Of a stretch of 64,000 bases of DNA, positions 53,234 to 64,000 are shown piece after piece. The position numbers and the translations under genes were made by a program. The notes below the pieces were generated by a model that saw only the letters and a list, made by a program, of their open reading frames with translations, had not been told where the DNA came from and did no database searches. The stretch is from assembly GCA_963823665.1 (NCBI GenBank), contig CAWGMQ010000011.1, forward strand, positions 192,001 to 256,000, in the 5' to 3' direction. The first letter of the stretch is position 1, and every line of letters starts with the position of its first letter. Source of the DNA: an uncultured Planctomycetota bacterium (GTDB taxonomy: Bacteria; Planctomycetota; Planctomycetia; Isosphaerales; Isosphaeraceae).

Positions 53234-54790
53234 TCAAGCGGTGTGTGTGGCGACCTCTTCCTGGAGGGCGAGGACCATCCGGTGGAACACCTCCTCCCAC
53301 GCACCCATCGTGGTTTGCCGGAAAAGCCGGAGGCTGGAGTACCAAGGGGAATGGTCGCCGTCGACCATCCACCGCCAGTCTCCGGCGCGGCAGAGGGCGA
53401 CCCAACACTTGACGGCGAGTGCGCCGGCCAAGTGGGCGACGGCCGTCTCGGGAGTGATGACCAGGTCCAGGAGGCTCATCACGGCGGCGGTGTCGAGGAA
53501 ATCGCGGCGAGGCTCGAGCCCCGCGATCGGTTGATCGAGCTCGGTGACGGGAAATCGCCCATTGAGAGCGCTCAGTTGCTCGGTTCCCGGACCCTTCTGC
53601 AGGCTGATCAGACGCACCCCGGGAATCATGGCCAGTGGAGCCAGCAAATGAAGCGGGAAAGAGCGCCAGCGATCGATCCTGTTTTCGGGATTTCCCTGCC
53701 AGGCGATTCCGATCTTGTAAACGGAGGTGAGATCAGCGAGGCCGAGTGCTTGCGAGAGCACACGGCGCCAGTGTTCGATGGTGGCGGCGTCGGCCGAGAG
53801 ATAAGGCGCTTGCGGAAGAGACGAAAGAGTTGTGCCGATGATGGCGGGGATGCTCATGAGCGGAGCGTGCACATCGAATGGGGGAGGGGGCGTTGTGCCA
53901 TCGAAGACGCGCTCGACTCCATTGCAGCGAGCGACGAGGCGGACGAGCGACGGCTGGGAGAGGACCCAGACGCGGCCACCGCGCTGGGCGACCTGGGGGG
54001 CGAACCGAATGAACTGAAGGGTGTCTCCGAGGCCTTGTTCCCAGTGGAGCAAGATCGTTTTCCTGTCGATATGTTCACCTGTCCATCGCGGTTTAGCGAC
54101 ACGGAATCCGGGTGGGTTACGGCACTTGAGGCGCCACTCGGCTTCGGGCCAGCCCCGTTCGAAGTCGCCGTGAGCGAGCCAGCCCAGGGCGCGATTGCGG
54201 TGGGCCTCACCGAAGTCTGGGCGGAGCTCGATGGCCTTCTCGTAATGATCCATGGCCTCGGGCCAGAGGTTTTTGCGGGCGAGTGTCATTCCGAGATTGT
54301 CCCAGGCGTCGGCGGAATCGGGGCGCAAGGCCAGCGCGGAGTGAAGCCACTCAATGGCGTCGTCAAATTGACCCATGTCGGAGAGGGAGACACCCAGATT
54401 CATCTGTGTGTCGAACGCATGGGGCTCGAGCGCGAGCGATTTTCGGTAGAACGTGATGGCGCGATCGGGGCGGCCCTGCTCCCAGAGCACGATTCCCAAG
54501 TTGTTCAGGATTCCGAAGTCGTTCGGTTTCAATTGGTGGGCGCGGAGGTAATAGGCCATTGCTTCGGAGGCGCGACCTTGTTCCCAGACGGCGGTGCCGA
54601 GGTTATTGAGGACGTCCGCGTCATCGGGATTCAAAGTAAGGGCTTCGCGAAAAACGGGTTCCGCTTCGGCGTACCGCTTTTGGCCGAGCAACCAAGTGCC
54701 GTGACTGAAGAGGGTTCTGGAGGCCGAGTTGGCGCTTGCTGGCGGTCGAGCGGCAGTCTGGGGTATGCGGACCTGGATGAGCCCGTTCAT
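53234..54790 (-). CDS. TPR-containing glycosyltransferase (GT9-like C-terminus)
   Basis: N-terminal TPRs; EQGLGDTLQFIRF, IGIAWQGNP, DTAAVMSLLDLVI..AHLAGAL, SPWYSSLRLFRQ. Confidence 0.9.
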   Translation of the reverse strand: MNGLIQVRIPQTAARPPASANSASRTLFSHGTWLLGQKRYAEAEPVFREALTLNPDDADVLNNLGTAVWEQGRASEAMAYYLRAHQLKPNDFGILNNLGIVLWEQGRPDRAITFYRKSLALEPHAFDTQMNLGVSLSDMGQFDDAIEWLHSALALRPDSADAWDNLGMTLARKNLWPEAMDHYEKAIELRPDFGEAHRNRALGWLAHGDFERGWPEAEWRLKCRNPPGFRVAKPRWTGEHIDRKTILLHWEQGLGDTLQFIRFAPQVAQRGGRVWVLSQPSLVRLVARCNGVERVFDGTTPPPPFDVHAPLMSIPAIIGTTLSSLPQAPYLSADAATIEHWRRVLSQALGLADLTSVYKIGIAWQGNPENRIDRWRSFPLHLLAPLAMIPGVRLISLQKGPGTEQLSALNGRFPVTELDQPIAGLEPRRDFLDTAAVMSLLDLVITPETAVAHLAGALAVKCWVALCRAGDWRWMVDGDHSPWYSSLRLFRQTTMGAWEEVFHRMVLALQEEVATHTA

Positions 54791-54919
54791 GGGATAGCTC
54801 CGTCAGGCCGGTCACCCGGCCGGAGGCTCATGAAACGCGAGAGGGAGGTCGGCCGGAGACGCCGGCCAGTCGATGTGGGTTGTGCCAGAGTAAAGCGTTA
54901 TTCTCAGAGTCTTCCAAGA

Positions 54920-55267
54920 TCAGTTTGGCCGAGACCGTCGTGAGCGGTCGGGTTCAGGCTTACCGGGCCGCTGCGGGGGAAACTCGACATACGGAAGTCC
55001 CAGTTTTCGTTTGAAGTAGATGATCTCGCCGGGATCCGTGCCTTCGAGTACATGCCCAGCGAACTGGAGGATATATCCGCCGACGAACAGCGCCAGAGCC
55101 AGAAGAAAGATCGGGAATGAGAGCAAGCAGAGATAGATTGGCACGAACAAGACGCCCAGGATGGTGGGAGGAATGCCGATCATGTGCAAGATGAAGCTGG
55201 CGGGGCTCAAGTGCCTCTCGAGCCAATGCTGGACCAGCGGATGTGAGGGTATTGGCGGATCGATCAT
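54920..55267 (-). CDS. Mpo1/DUF962-like membrane protein
   Basis: [22 protein letters not shown]. Confidence 0.82.
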   Translation of the reverse strand: MIDPPIPSHPLVQHWLERHLSPASFILHMIGIPPTILGVLFVPIYLCLLSFPIFLLALALFVGGYILQFAGHVLEGTDPGEIIYFKRKLGLPYVEFPPQRPGKPEPDRSRRSRPN

Positions 55268-55459
55268 TGGGCTGGCGAGTCGTGCTCGTGCGTGAGGACC
55301 ACACCGCGCGGGCTAAATCTGCTCTGCTTGACGGGGCGAGCGGGGCAAGTTAGCCTGGCGAACACATGGAATCACCAGCATACCGACGGAATTGCCGTTG
55401 GCAACGGCCTTGCGCACCATCAAGCCAACTCACGCAAGCTCAGGGGAGATCGTCGACAG

Positions 55460-56554
55460 ATGGCATATGAAGTAACGTTGATTCTTGGAGACGGTGTTGG
55501 GCCTGAGCTGGCCGAGGCCGCCAAGATGTGCATCGAAGCGACCGGCGTCTCGATCAAGTGGGATGAGCAGGAAGCGGGTGTGGATGTGATGGCCAAGCTG
55601 GGCACGCCGCTCCCGGACAGTGTGATTGAATCTTGCCGGCGGACCAAGGTTGCGCTCAAGGCGCCGGTAACCACTCCGGTCGGAACGGGTTTTCGAAGCG
55701 TGAACGTGCACTTGCGCCACGCACTGGACCTCTACGCGTGCGTTCGACCGTGCAAGCTGTTCAAGGGGGTGCGCAGCTACTTTTCCAATGCGGACGTTGA
55801 CCTGGTAATTGTGCGTGAGAACACCGAAAGCCTGTACTTCGGCTGCGAGTTCGAGCAGGGCAAGCCCGAGACGGCCGAGTTCATCGCAGACATTAAGCGA
55901 TTAAACGGCAAGACGATCCGGCCCGACTCGGGTATCACGATCAAGGCGATCTCGATCACCGGAACTCGCAGGATTGTGAAGTACGCGCTTGAATATGCTC
56001 GGAAGCACGGTCGCAAGAAGGTGACAGCGGTGCACAAGGCCAACATACTCAAGTACAGCGACGGTCTATTTCTGCAAGTGGCGCGTGACGTCGCCAAGGA
56101 CTACCCCGATATTGAGTTCGAAGATCGTATTGTTGATAATATGTGTATGCAACTTGTACAGAAGCCCGAGCTGTATGATGTGATGGTGCTTCCCAACCTT
56201 TACGGCGACATCGTGTCAGACTTGTGTGCGGGGCTGGTGGGGGGCTTAGGGGTGGCGCCCGGGGCGAACATCGGGGAGTCGGGAGCTGTCTTCGAGGCAA
56301 CGCACGGCTCGGCACCCAAGTACAAAGGTCTGTACAAAATGAACCCTACGGCGCTTATTCTCTCCGGGGTGTTGATGCTCGATCATCTGGGAGAAGCGAG
56401 GGCTGCGCGGAAGCTGGAGAGAGCGGTAGCGACGGTGATCGAAGAGGGCAAGGACGTTACGTACGACCTGAAGCAAGATCGCAACGATCCGACGGCCGTG
56501 GGGACGCTCGAGATGGCGAAGGCGATCATTCGCGCGATGGAAGCCGATGATTGA
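55460..56554 (+). CDS. Isocitrate/isopropylmalate dehydrogenase family, likely NAD-IDH
   Basis: [42 protein letters not shown]. Confidence 0.93.
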   Translation: MAYEVTLILGDGVGPELAEAAKMCIEATGVSIKWDEQEAGVDVMAKLGTPLPDSVIESCRRTKVALKAPVTTPVGTGFRSVNVHLRHALDLYACVRPCKLFKGVRSYFSNADVDLVIVRENTESLYFGCEFEQGKPETAEFIADIKRLNGKTIRPDSGITIKAISITGTRRIVKYALEYARKHGRKKVTAVHKANILKYSDGLFLQVARDVAKDYPDIEFEDRIVDNMCMQLVQKPELYDVMVLPNLYGDIVSDLCAGLVGGLGVAPGANIGESGAVFEATHGSAPKYKGLYKMNPTALILSGVLMLDHLGEARAARKLERAVATVIEEGKDVTYDLKQDRNDPTAVGTLEMAKAIIRAMEADD

Positions 56555-57627
56555 TTCGACTGGACCGTGAACAGTATTTGCGACTGGTTCGAGGAGAATC
56601 GAGCGGCGTCCTGGCGGAGCTGGCGCGCGGAGCTACGGGCGCGGCTGCGCTCGCGTATGGAGCGGTGGTCGCGGCGCGCAACTGGGGTTACGACCGTGGC
56701 TGGTTGCGCAGTCATGCGGCGACAGTTCCGGTTGTTTCGGTGGGCAACTTGACGCTCGGCGGAACGGGAAAAACGCCGATGATCGAGTGGCTTGCCCGCT
56801 GGTTTCGTCGACACGAGGTTCGGGTTGCGATTCTGAGCCGTGGTTATGGCCATACTGGCGGACTCAACGATGAGGGGCGGGTGCTGGAGGAGAATTTGCC
56901 GGATGTTCCCCATCTTCAAAGTCCGGATCGTGTGGCGCAGTCGAGGGTGGCTGTCGTTGAGCTCGAGACAGAGGTGATCTTGCTGGACGATGGTTTTCAA
57001 CATCGCCGTTTGAGGCGGGATCTGGATGTGGTCTTGCTCGACGCGCTCGAGCCGTTCGGCCGGGCCCGGCTCTTCCCGAGGGGCCTGCTCCGCGAGCCGG
57101 TTCGGTCGCTAAGGCGCGCGGGGGTCGTCGTCTTGTCGCGTGCGGACCTGATCTGCGCCGCCGAGCGCGAGGCGATCAGGGTCGAGGCCCAGCGCAGAGC
57201 CGGGCCGCTGAAATGGGTCGAGGCACGGCATGGAACCGTCGATCTGATTGATGAAGAGGGCCGCTCATTTTCGCTGGATGAAATCGGCGGTAAGTCTGTG
57301 GCGGCGTTTTGTGGCATTGGCAATCCGGAGGGCTTTCGCCGCACGCTGCTCGAGCTCGGCGGCGATCTGATCGGGTTCCGCGTGTTTCCGGACCACCACC
57401 CGTATACCGCTGCAGACGTCCGCGTGCTTGAGGGTTGGGTTCGCGACAGCGGCGCCAATCTCGTCTTGACCACACAAAAGGATTCGGTCAAGCTGCGCGC
57501 TGGCTCGCTGGGGCCGACTCCGCTTCGAGCCGTACGGATTGGGCTCGAGATCACGGCGGGGTATGAGATCATGGACGACCTGCTCGCCTCGCTGCTTCCG
57601 GGACGACACCGGAGTGAGCCGCGGTAA
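56551..57627 (+). CDS. lpxK: Tetraacyldisaccharide 4'-kinase
   Basis: [37 protein letters not shown]. Confidence 0.95.
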   Translation: MIRLDREQYLRLVRGESSGVLAELARGATGAAALAYGAVVAARNWGYDRGWLRSHAATVPVVSVGNLTLGGTGKTPMIEWLARWFRRHEVRVAILSRGYGHTGGLNDEGRVLEENLPDVPHLQSPDRVAQSRVAVVELETEVILLDDGFQHRRLRRDLDVVLLDALEPFGRARLFPRGLLREPVRSLRRAGVVVLSRADLICAAEREAIRVEAQRRAGPLKWVEARHGTVDLIDEEGRSFSLDEIGGKSVAAFCGIGNPEGFRRTLLELGGDLIGFRVFPDHHPYTAADVRVLEGWVRDSGANLVLTTQKDSVKLRAGSLGPTPLRAVRIGLEITAGYEIMDDLLASLLPGRHRSEPR

Positions 57628-57638
57628 AAGGATTTCCC

Positions 57639-58670
57639 GTGAGCTGGAACGGATCAGCCGATGATCGGCCGGCGGTTGCCGCTGCTGAGCTTGACTTTCA
57701 CGCCCTGCGCTATGAACCGCTCGACGAGCGTCCGAGCAAGGTCTCGCTCGCCAACCTGGGACGTCCCGGGCCGAGCGAGCCGTGGATGGCGGATTGGCTT
57801 GATCGACTTCCCAGGGTCTTGGGCGCGGATGCACTACGGCGGCTGTGTGATGCGATTGTTTGCGCCGCCGGGGCCGGGCGCCCGGTAGTCGCGGCACTGG
57901 GCGGTCACGTTGTGAAGACTGGCTGTGGAGTCTATCTGGTCGATTGGATGAGTCGAGGAATTCTCACCGGGCTCGCTCTCAATGGTTCCGCCGCCATCCA
58001 TGACCTCGAGCTGGCGATTGCCGGCAAGACAAGCGAGGACGTCGGCAGCCGGCTGATGGCGGGCAACTTCGGGTTTGCCCGCGAGACGTCGGATCTCTTC
58101 GCGCTGGCGTGCAAACGCGCGGTGTCGAAGTCGATCGGACTGGGGGCTGCTCTGGGGGACATAGTCCTCGAACGAGGTGGGCCCGGTGTCGATCAATCAC
58201 TCCTCGTGGCGGCGCGTCGGTTTGATCTTCCGCTCACCGTCCACGTCGCCATCGGCACCGACATCGTGCACATGACTCCGGCGCTCGACGGGGCCGCGCT
58301 AGGTAAGGCCGCTCTTGACGATTTCCGTGGCCTGTGCGGACTCGTGGCACGGTTATCAGGGGGCGTCTGGCTTAACATCGGCAGCGCGGTCGTGATGCCC
58401 GAAGTGTTCTTGAAGGCGGTCTCGATTGCGCGGAACCTCGGGCATTCGCTCGACGGCTTGACGACAGCGAACCTTGATTTTGATCAGAAATACCGTGGCT
58501 TGCTCAACGTGCTCGAGCGGCCGGGTGCTCAGGGCATTGCTCTCACCGGACATCATGAAATCTTGATTCCATTGCTCCATGCCGTCGTGTTATCGAGGAT
58601 TGCTCAGACCGGGGAGGACGGTATCTCCGGCCTTCATTCTGCCGCAATCGCCAGCGCCGAGGCACGATGA
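57639..58670 (+). CDS. Conserved hypothetical protein, deoxyhypusine-synthase-like fold suspected
   Basis: LGGHVVK.G, NGSAAIHD.E, TVHVAIGTDIVH, NIGSAVVMPEVFLKA, GHHEILIP. Confidence 0.7.
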   Translation: MSWNGSADDRPAVAAAELDFHALRYEPLDERPSKVSLANLGRPGPSEPWMADWLDRLPRVLGADALRRLCDAIVCAAGAGRPVVAALGGHVVKTGCGVYLVDWMSRGILTGLALNGSAAIHDLELAIAGKTSEDVGSRLMAGNFGFARETSDLFALACKRAVSKSIGLGAALGDIVLERGGPGVDQSLLVAARRFDLPLTVHVAIGTDIVHMTPALDGAALGKAALDDFRGLCGLVARLSGGVWLNIGSAVVMPEVFLKAVSIARNLGHSLDGLTTANLDFDQKYRGLLNVLERPGAQGIALTGHHEILIPLLHAVVLSRIAQTGEDGISGLHSAAIASAEAR

Positions 58671-59740
58671 AGATTGCTGTATTCTGCCCCAACTTGATCG
58701 GCGATACGGTAATGGCGACGCCGGCATTCCGTGCGTTGCGCCAAGGTTTCCCAAACGCGAAGCTGACGCTCGTGATCAAACCGGGAGTCTGGCCTACTCT
58801 AGAAGGTACGACCTGGTTCGACGAGATCATTCGATTTGACCCACACTCCCTGGATCGGGAGGAGCGGACGATACGAGTTGTGAGACGGCTTCGGCGAGAG
58901 CGATTCGACGTAGCGGTGCTGTTCCCGAACTCGATCCGTTCGGCGTGGATTGCGTGGTTGGCGGGAATCCCGCGTCGGGTTGGCTTCGTGCGCCACGGCC
59001 GCGGCTGGCTGCTCTCTGAAGGCTTGCATTATCCTCGCGACGCAATGGGGCGGCGGCTTCCGACGCCGATTGTCGAATCGTATCTGAAGCTGGCTCGTCA
59101 GTTGGGCTGTCGAGTCGACTCGGTCCGAACGGAGCTCGCGACGACCTGCGATGACGAGGTGGCCGCCGATCTAGCCTGGTCGGAGCTTGGTCTGGATTCC
59201 TGCGACCGAGTCGTATGCTTCAACACGGGAGGTGCATTTGGTCCAGCCAAGAGCTGGCCCAGCACGCATTTCGCCGAGCTGGCGCGGCGACTCGCGAGTG
59301 AGGCCGACGTGGCCGTGCTCGTGCTCTGCGGACCGGATGAACGTGCTTCGGCGCAGGAGATCGTACGTTTGGCTTCCCACCCGCGGATCGTCAGTCTGGC
59401 CGATCGATCTCTGGGTATCGGCCTGACCAAGGCATGTGTGCGACGGTCGACGTTGTTGATCACCACTGATTCCGGTCCGCGCCATTTCGCAGCTTCGTTC
59501 AACACACCGGTCATCACCTTGTTTGGCCCGACTCATGTGGCCTGGACGCGTACGCATCATCCGGGTGCATTGCACCTTTTCCATCCTGTTCCCTGCGGCC
59601 CCTGCCAGCGCGCGGTTTGCCCTGAGGGCCATCACCGTTGTATGCGCGAACTCGCGCCAGAAAGGGTTTACCGGGTGGCGCTGCGCCTTCTCGTGGGTAT
59701 ATCGAACGAAACGTCTTCTCTCGTCAGGTGTGCGGAGTGA
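58667..59740 (+). CDS. waaF: LPS heptosyltransferase II (GT9)
   Basis: PNLIGDTVMATP, PNSIRSAW, GGAFGPAKSWP, DSGPRH, LFGPT. Confidence 0.9.
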   Translation: MKIAVFCPNLIGDTVMATPAFRALRQGFPNAKLTLVIKPGVWPTLEGTTWFDEIIRFDPHSLDREERTIRVVRRLRRERFDVAVLFPNSIRSAWIAWLAGIPRRVGFVRHGRGWLLSEGLHYPRDAMGRRLPTPIVESYLKLARQLGCRVDSVRTELATTCDDEVAADLAWSELGLDSCDRVVCFNTGGAFGPAKSWPSTHFAELARRLASEADVAVLVLCGPDERASAQEIVRLASHPRIVSLADRSLGIGLTKACVRRSTLLITTDSGPRHFAASFNTPVITLFGPTHVAWTRTHHPGALHLFHPVPCGPCQRAVCPEGHHRCMRELAPERVYRVALRLLVGISNETSSLVRCAE

Positions 59741-59743
59741 ATC

Positions 59744-60706
59744 ATGGCGGTTTGGCTGGTTACGGGAGCGACGGGATTCGTCGGACGCCACGTTCTCAAG
59801 GCGCTCCTTGACGGATCGCCCAGACCCGCGATTCGCAGCGAAACGGTAGTCCTTGGACGCCGATGTCCTGCAGGCTGGCCGGAAAATGCGTTCGCCGCGG
59901 CCGACCTGGAGGACGCGGCTCAGACTCGGATCGCCATCGAGCGAATCGCACCAGATGTGGTGATTCACACTGCAGGTCGCACGCCACCGGCATCTGACGA
60001 CGAAATGTACCGCATCAACTTCTGGGGAACGCAACATCTCTTGAGCGCTCTTCGCTCGCTGCGAAAGAAGGTTCGCGTCGTGATCTCCGGCTCGGCGGCT
60101 GAGCTAGGGCCGGTGGACGTGGATTGCTTACCGGTGGTGGAGTCCTACCCGTGCGAACCCTGGAACGCTTACGGGCGTAGCAAGTGGCTGGCCACGAAAA
60201 GCGCGTTGTCAGAGCGGTCGCCGCTGGAATTGGTGGTTGCCCGATTATTCAACCCGATGGGTCCGGGAACTCCGACCAGCCAGGCACTGGGACTGTTCGC
60301 CAGCCGGCTCATCGAAGCCGAGCATGACCCGCTCGAACTGACCGTTGGCGATCTGGACAGTCGGCGCGATTTCATCGACGTTCGAGACGTCGCCCGGGCG
60401 ATGGTGGCTCTCGCCACACGGGCGCAGGCGGGCATGGTCTACAATGTCGGCACCGGCAAGTCCCAGCGGGTGGGCGACGGGCTAGACCGGCTCATCAAGT
60501 TGAGCGGCCGTTCGGTTCGACTCCGCATTGATCTGGTACGCCGTGACCGAAGCGGCCCAGTGGACTCGCGTGCAGATATCAATCGGATCATCACACACAC
60601 GGGTTGGCATCCGCAAGTTTCCTGGGAGGAGAGTCTCTTGGATCTCTGGCGCGCCGCGAACGAACGCCGGCCGCTGCATCAGTCGGGCAGAATCACGGCA
60701 GCTTGA
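59744..60706 (+). CDS. NAD-dependent epimerase/dehydratase (Rmd-like)
   Basis: TGATGFVG, YGRSK, RDFIDVRDV, YNVGTG. Confidence 0.9.
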   Translation: MAVWLVTGATGFVGRHVLKALLDGSPRPAIRSETVVLGRRCPAGWPENAFAAADLEDAAQTRIAIERIAPDVVIHTAGRTPPASDDEMYRINFWGTQHLLSALRSLRKKVRVVISGSAAELGPVDVDCLPVVESYPCEPWNAYGRSKWLATKSALSERSPLELVVARLFNPMGPGTPTSQALGLFASRLIEAEHDPLELTVGDLDSRRDFIDVRDVARAMVALATRAQAGMVYNVGTGKSQRVGDGLDRLIKLSGRSVRLRIDLVRRDRSGPVDSRADINRIITHTGWHPQVSWEESLLDLWRAANERRPLHQSGRITAA

Positions 60707-60777
60707 ACGTGGAAATCACAAAGCCGCGCACTTGGGCGCTGGCGAATAATCGGCATCTCCGCCGCGGTCTCCGGGAC

Positions 60778-62545
60778 CTATTTGGGGGGCGTCTGGCGGT
60801 ACGCCGTTTGGCGGCGGTAGAGCTCGAGACGCTCGCCGAAGGCCTCTCGCTCGTTTTCGGCGCCGAGCAATCCAATTGCCTTGATCTGGCACTTCACGGC
60901 CGAAGCGAAGTCGCGTGCCTCGGCGTAGGAGGCGGCAAGCGTGCCGAGGGAATGCGCGTTTCTCCATCCGGAGAGCGCACAAGCCCTGATCGCGGATTCG
61001 AGCGCCTTGTTCGCGTCACGAAATTCTGCGACAGGGCAGGTTGCCCGCAGCCACGCACGATCGTTATACGCTGCGGCGTTCCGCGGCTCGAGCATGACTG
61101 CCTTGTCGTAGTCGGCGATTGCCTTGTTGTATTCCCGCTTGTTGGACAACGCGAATGCTCGATGAATGTATGCATCAGGACACCCAGGCTCGAGTCGAAT
61201 CGCTTCATTGAATTCGGCGAGCGCCTTGCCGAATTCTTTCTGGGCGATCCAAGCACATCCCTGGTCGATGTGACCAGCGATTCGAGGGTTGGTCCGCGAG
61301 GATTCATTTCCTGCTTCGAGGGTCGGGTGCTGCTTCTCTTCGTTGGCGATTTTGACCACGACGCCTGGCCTGGCCGCAATCGGCCGCGGAAGATTGTGGA
61401 TCGCTGCGCGAAACGCGGCCAGAGCCTCGTCTTTGCCACGATCGATGGGTATGTTGTCTGGCGCGTCAATGAGGACGGGATTGAGCCGAATCGCCTCTCG
61501 AAATGCCGCGACGGCTTCGTCCTTGCGTCCCTGGCTGGCCAGAGCAACGCCGAGAGAGAAGTGGGCATCGTGGGAGCCAGGCCTGATTTTGATCGCAAGC
61601 TCCAGCGTCGCGATCGCCTCGGCAGTCCGTCCCTGCAAGAGCAAGGCTTCGCCAAGGTCGAGGTACGTATCTGGATCGTCGGGGTTCAGCTTGATCGCGA
61701 CGCGGAACTCCGTTATTGCGTCATCGTACTTCTTCTGGTCGACCAAGGCATTGGCAAGGTTCTCGTGGCGCAGCGCGGCTCAGAGGACGCAAGGCGATCG
61801 CACGCGAAAAGTAACGTGCCGCCTCGACGGGGTCCGCAAGGGGCGCGTCCACCATGTTCAGGTTTCCCTGCTCGATGCAGACCCAAAAATCATCTGGAAA
61901 CCGGCGCTCTGCGATGTTGAGAACGGGCATGGACGTTGCCGGCTCCCCGGCATCCCAGAGCATTCGAACCAGCAGCACGAGGCTTCGGGCAGGCTGCGTG
62001 TTCATCGCCTCGACTTCGGCTGCACGAGCTCGCAGCGAAGTGATTGTTTCGGCTGACGGTCGGTCGAACTGATCCCGAATCGCATTTCGCCAGGGATCCG
62101 CGTCGACCGCGCGAGCCACCTCCCTCAGCCGCCGCCACGACTGCGCCCCGAGCTCGCGCCGCCGCACATTACACCAGTCGTCGATCGCCGCAACGACCTC
62201 GATCGTCGACCGCGTAGCCGCCAGCTTCGCTGCCGCCACCTTGGTTTCGACCCGGTCGAGATCCAATCCGTACGCAAGAAATGCCGCGCCCATGTCGCGG
62301 TCGAATCGCGCTGGATTCAAATCTTCGGTGGCCGCGTGCTGCACCCTCCCGAGGTCAGCCAACAACAACCGCTCGTCATCGTCGGCGGTACGATTGGCTT
62401 CTCTGGAATGTGAAGCATCCGTCGGAGCGACGCCTCGCGACTCGACCCACGGCGGGGGAGTGAGAGCCCCCGCAGCGACGATGCTGGCCACCCACCAACA
62501 AGGCTGAAATGAAGATGTGAACACAGCGGCCACTGTGCGGGGCAT
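60778..62545 (-). CDS. Secreted TPR protein sharing a helical module with kinase 27104..32180; frameshift near 61770
   Basis: Hydrophobic N-terminus; AAIDDW..AVDADPWR..FPDDFW; TPRs; NDRAWLRATCP C-terminal domain. Confidence 0.78.
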
Positions 62546-62767
62546 GTGAGGTCCTCCGTGCCAGGTGCAGGTTCTCCGGTGATTCCTGCATTGAAAAGTA
62601 ACAGCATTCGAAACCTTCCGCTACAAGAAAGTTCCGATCGGTCGGCACTGCTTCCAGCCGCCGCGTTTGAACGAGACCCACGGTGAATGAAAGCCCCGAA
62701 ATCGTCCCGTTGTGCAAGCCAAGGCCTTCGTCAGACGCGGCGTTTTCTCATTGATCGTCGCGCCGGA

Positions 62768-64000
62768 TCAATCCGTTGCCGACTGCCGGAACGGCTTCTC
62801 CTGTTGATACAGAACGAGACGCGCGAGGAATTCGTCTCTCTCTAAGTTGTCCGTAAGAACCTCGATCGCTTTGGTCTGCCACTTGACCGCTGAGTTGAAG
62901 TCACCTGTCTCCGCGCTTGCTGCGGCGAGTGTGTCGAGAATCATTGCATCGTTCCAGGCTGTCAGTTCACACGCCTTCTGGGCTGTGTCGCGGGCTTTCT
63001 TGCCGTCGCGATACTGCCCGTCAGGGCACGTCGACCAGAGCCACGCGCGGCCGTTCAAGGCACCGGCATCGTCCGGGTCGAGCCGGATGGCCATCTCGTA
63101 ATCAGCGAGCGCTTTCTCATAGTTTCGCTTCTGGGCCCAAACGTAGCCGCGGCCGGTAAAAGCGCTTGCTCCACCAGGCTCGAGCCGCGCTGCATCGTCG
63201 AAGTCGGCAATTGCCTTGTGAAACTCCTTCTGGCTGGTCCAGGCGTGTCCGCGAGCAACGTAGGCCGCAGCGAACAACGGGTCGCACCGGATCGCATCAT
63301 CGAAGTCGACCTTGGCTTTCTCAAATTCTCTCTTCGCGGACAAGGCAAATCCACGTCCATAGTAGGATCTCGCGTCTTCCGGCGCCATTCGGATCGCCTC
63401 ATTGAAATCGTCGATCGCCGCCGCGAGATTCCTTTTGCCAAGCCACGCAAAACCTCGACCTCGGTATGCGCTGCTCTGACGGTCCAGCCGCAGAGCTTCG
63501 TCGTAGTCTGTAATCGCACGATCGAATTCTTTCCTCATGAGCCAGATTTCGCCGCGGACGAGGTAGGCGCTGGCGAACTTCGGGTCGAGTTTGATCAATT
63601 TGTCGAAGTCGGAGATCGCCTTGCTGTATTCTCTTTCGTGAGCGTACTTGATTCCGCGGTTGTAAAGCCCCGCGGCAGTCTGAGGCGCAGATCGGCGCCG
63701 ATTTGGTTACCGGAGAGAAAACCTCGGCAAGCGCTTCCTTTTCGGGCGTGGTTAGGACCGATTCGGACTGATCAAACGAATGTGCTGGCTCGTGCCCTTG
63801 CCTGGTTTCGACCACGGTCAAGGCTTGGTCCAATTGCTTCGTATCTGTCAATTGAACGTTCGAGTCCTTCTTGAGCCGGTCTGCTTCAAGAAATACGACA
63901 GTCGCCTCGTCCATTTTGCCTTCGTTCGCCAAGGCGCTTCCCAGGTTCGTATGCGCTGCAACACTTCGAGGTCGCAACGCGACGGCTCTGGCAAACGACT
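62768..64000 (-). CDS. TPR protein, 5' end beyond window; frameshift near 63690
   Basis: Tandem TPRs; NGRAWLWSTCP..ACELT.W..LDTLAAA..AVKWQ.KAI, paralogous to the downstream gene. Confidence 0.8.

Noticed and set aside
62712..62728. Sigma54 promoter on the minus strand
   Set aside because: GG-to-GC spacing is 9, not 10

Overview
GC-rich bacterial window, very likely from a planctomycete (inferred from LEPRxLL-type signal peptides, ECF/Ser-Thr kinase pairs and a groEL-groES-groEL-dnaJ-grpE operon). Many single-base frameshifts, including in groEL and dnaJ, point to uncorrected long-read errors, so split ORFs are merged here. About 1-41.5 kb is accessory: a Fic protein, sulfatase, sulfite-oxidase-family enzyme, two ECF sigma/kinase pairs, two more kinase-TPR genes, a ~3,270-aa secreted protein, a patchwork of toxin-antitoxin genes and gene remnants, and several REP-like repeat families. 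About 42-60.7 kb is housekeeping (chaperones, TolC, IDH, lpxK, waaF, epimerase), followed by TPR proteins. Top observations: (1) the giant secreted protein holds a PI-PLC-like domain that has lost its catalytic His/Arg residues and is split by a ~640-aa Ala-rich insertion with Asp/Asn at nearly every 7th residue, suggesting two long helical hairpins; (2) the accessory region is bracketed by nested direct-repeat pairs made of gene fragments, one carrying a sigma70-like promoter, and contains a circularly permuted gene, with no recombinase visible in the window. All family assignments come from motif recognition by eye, not database searches.
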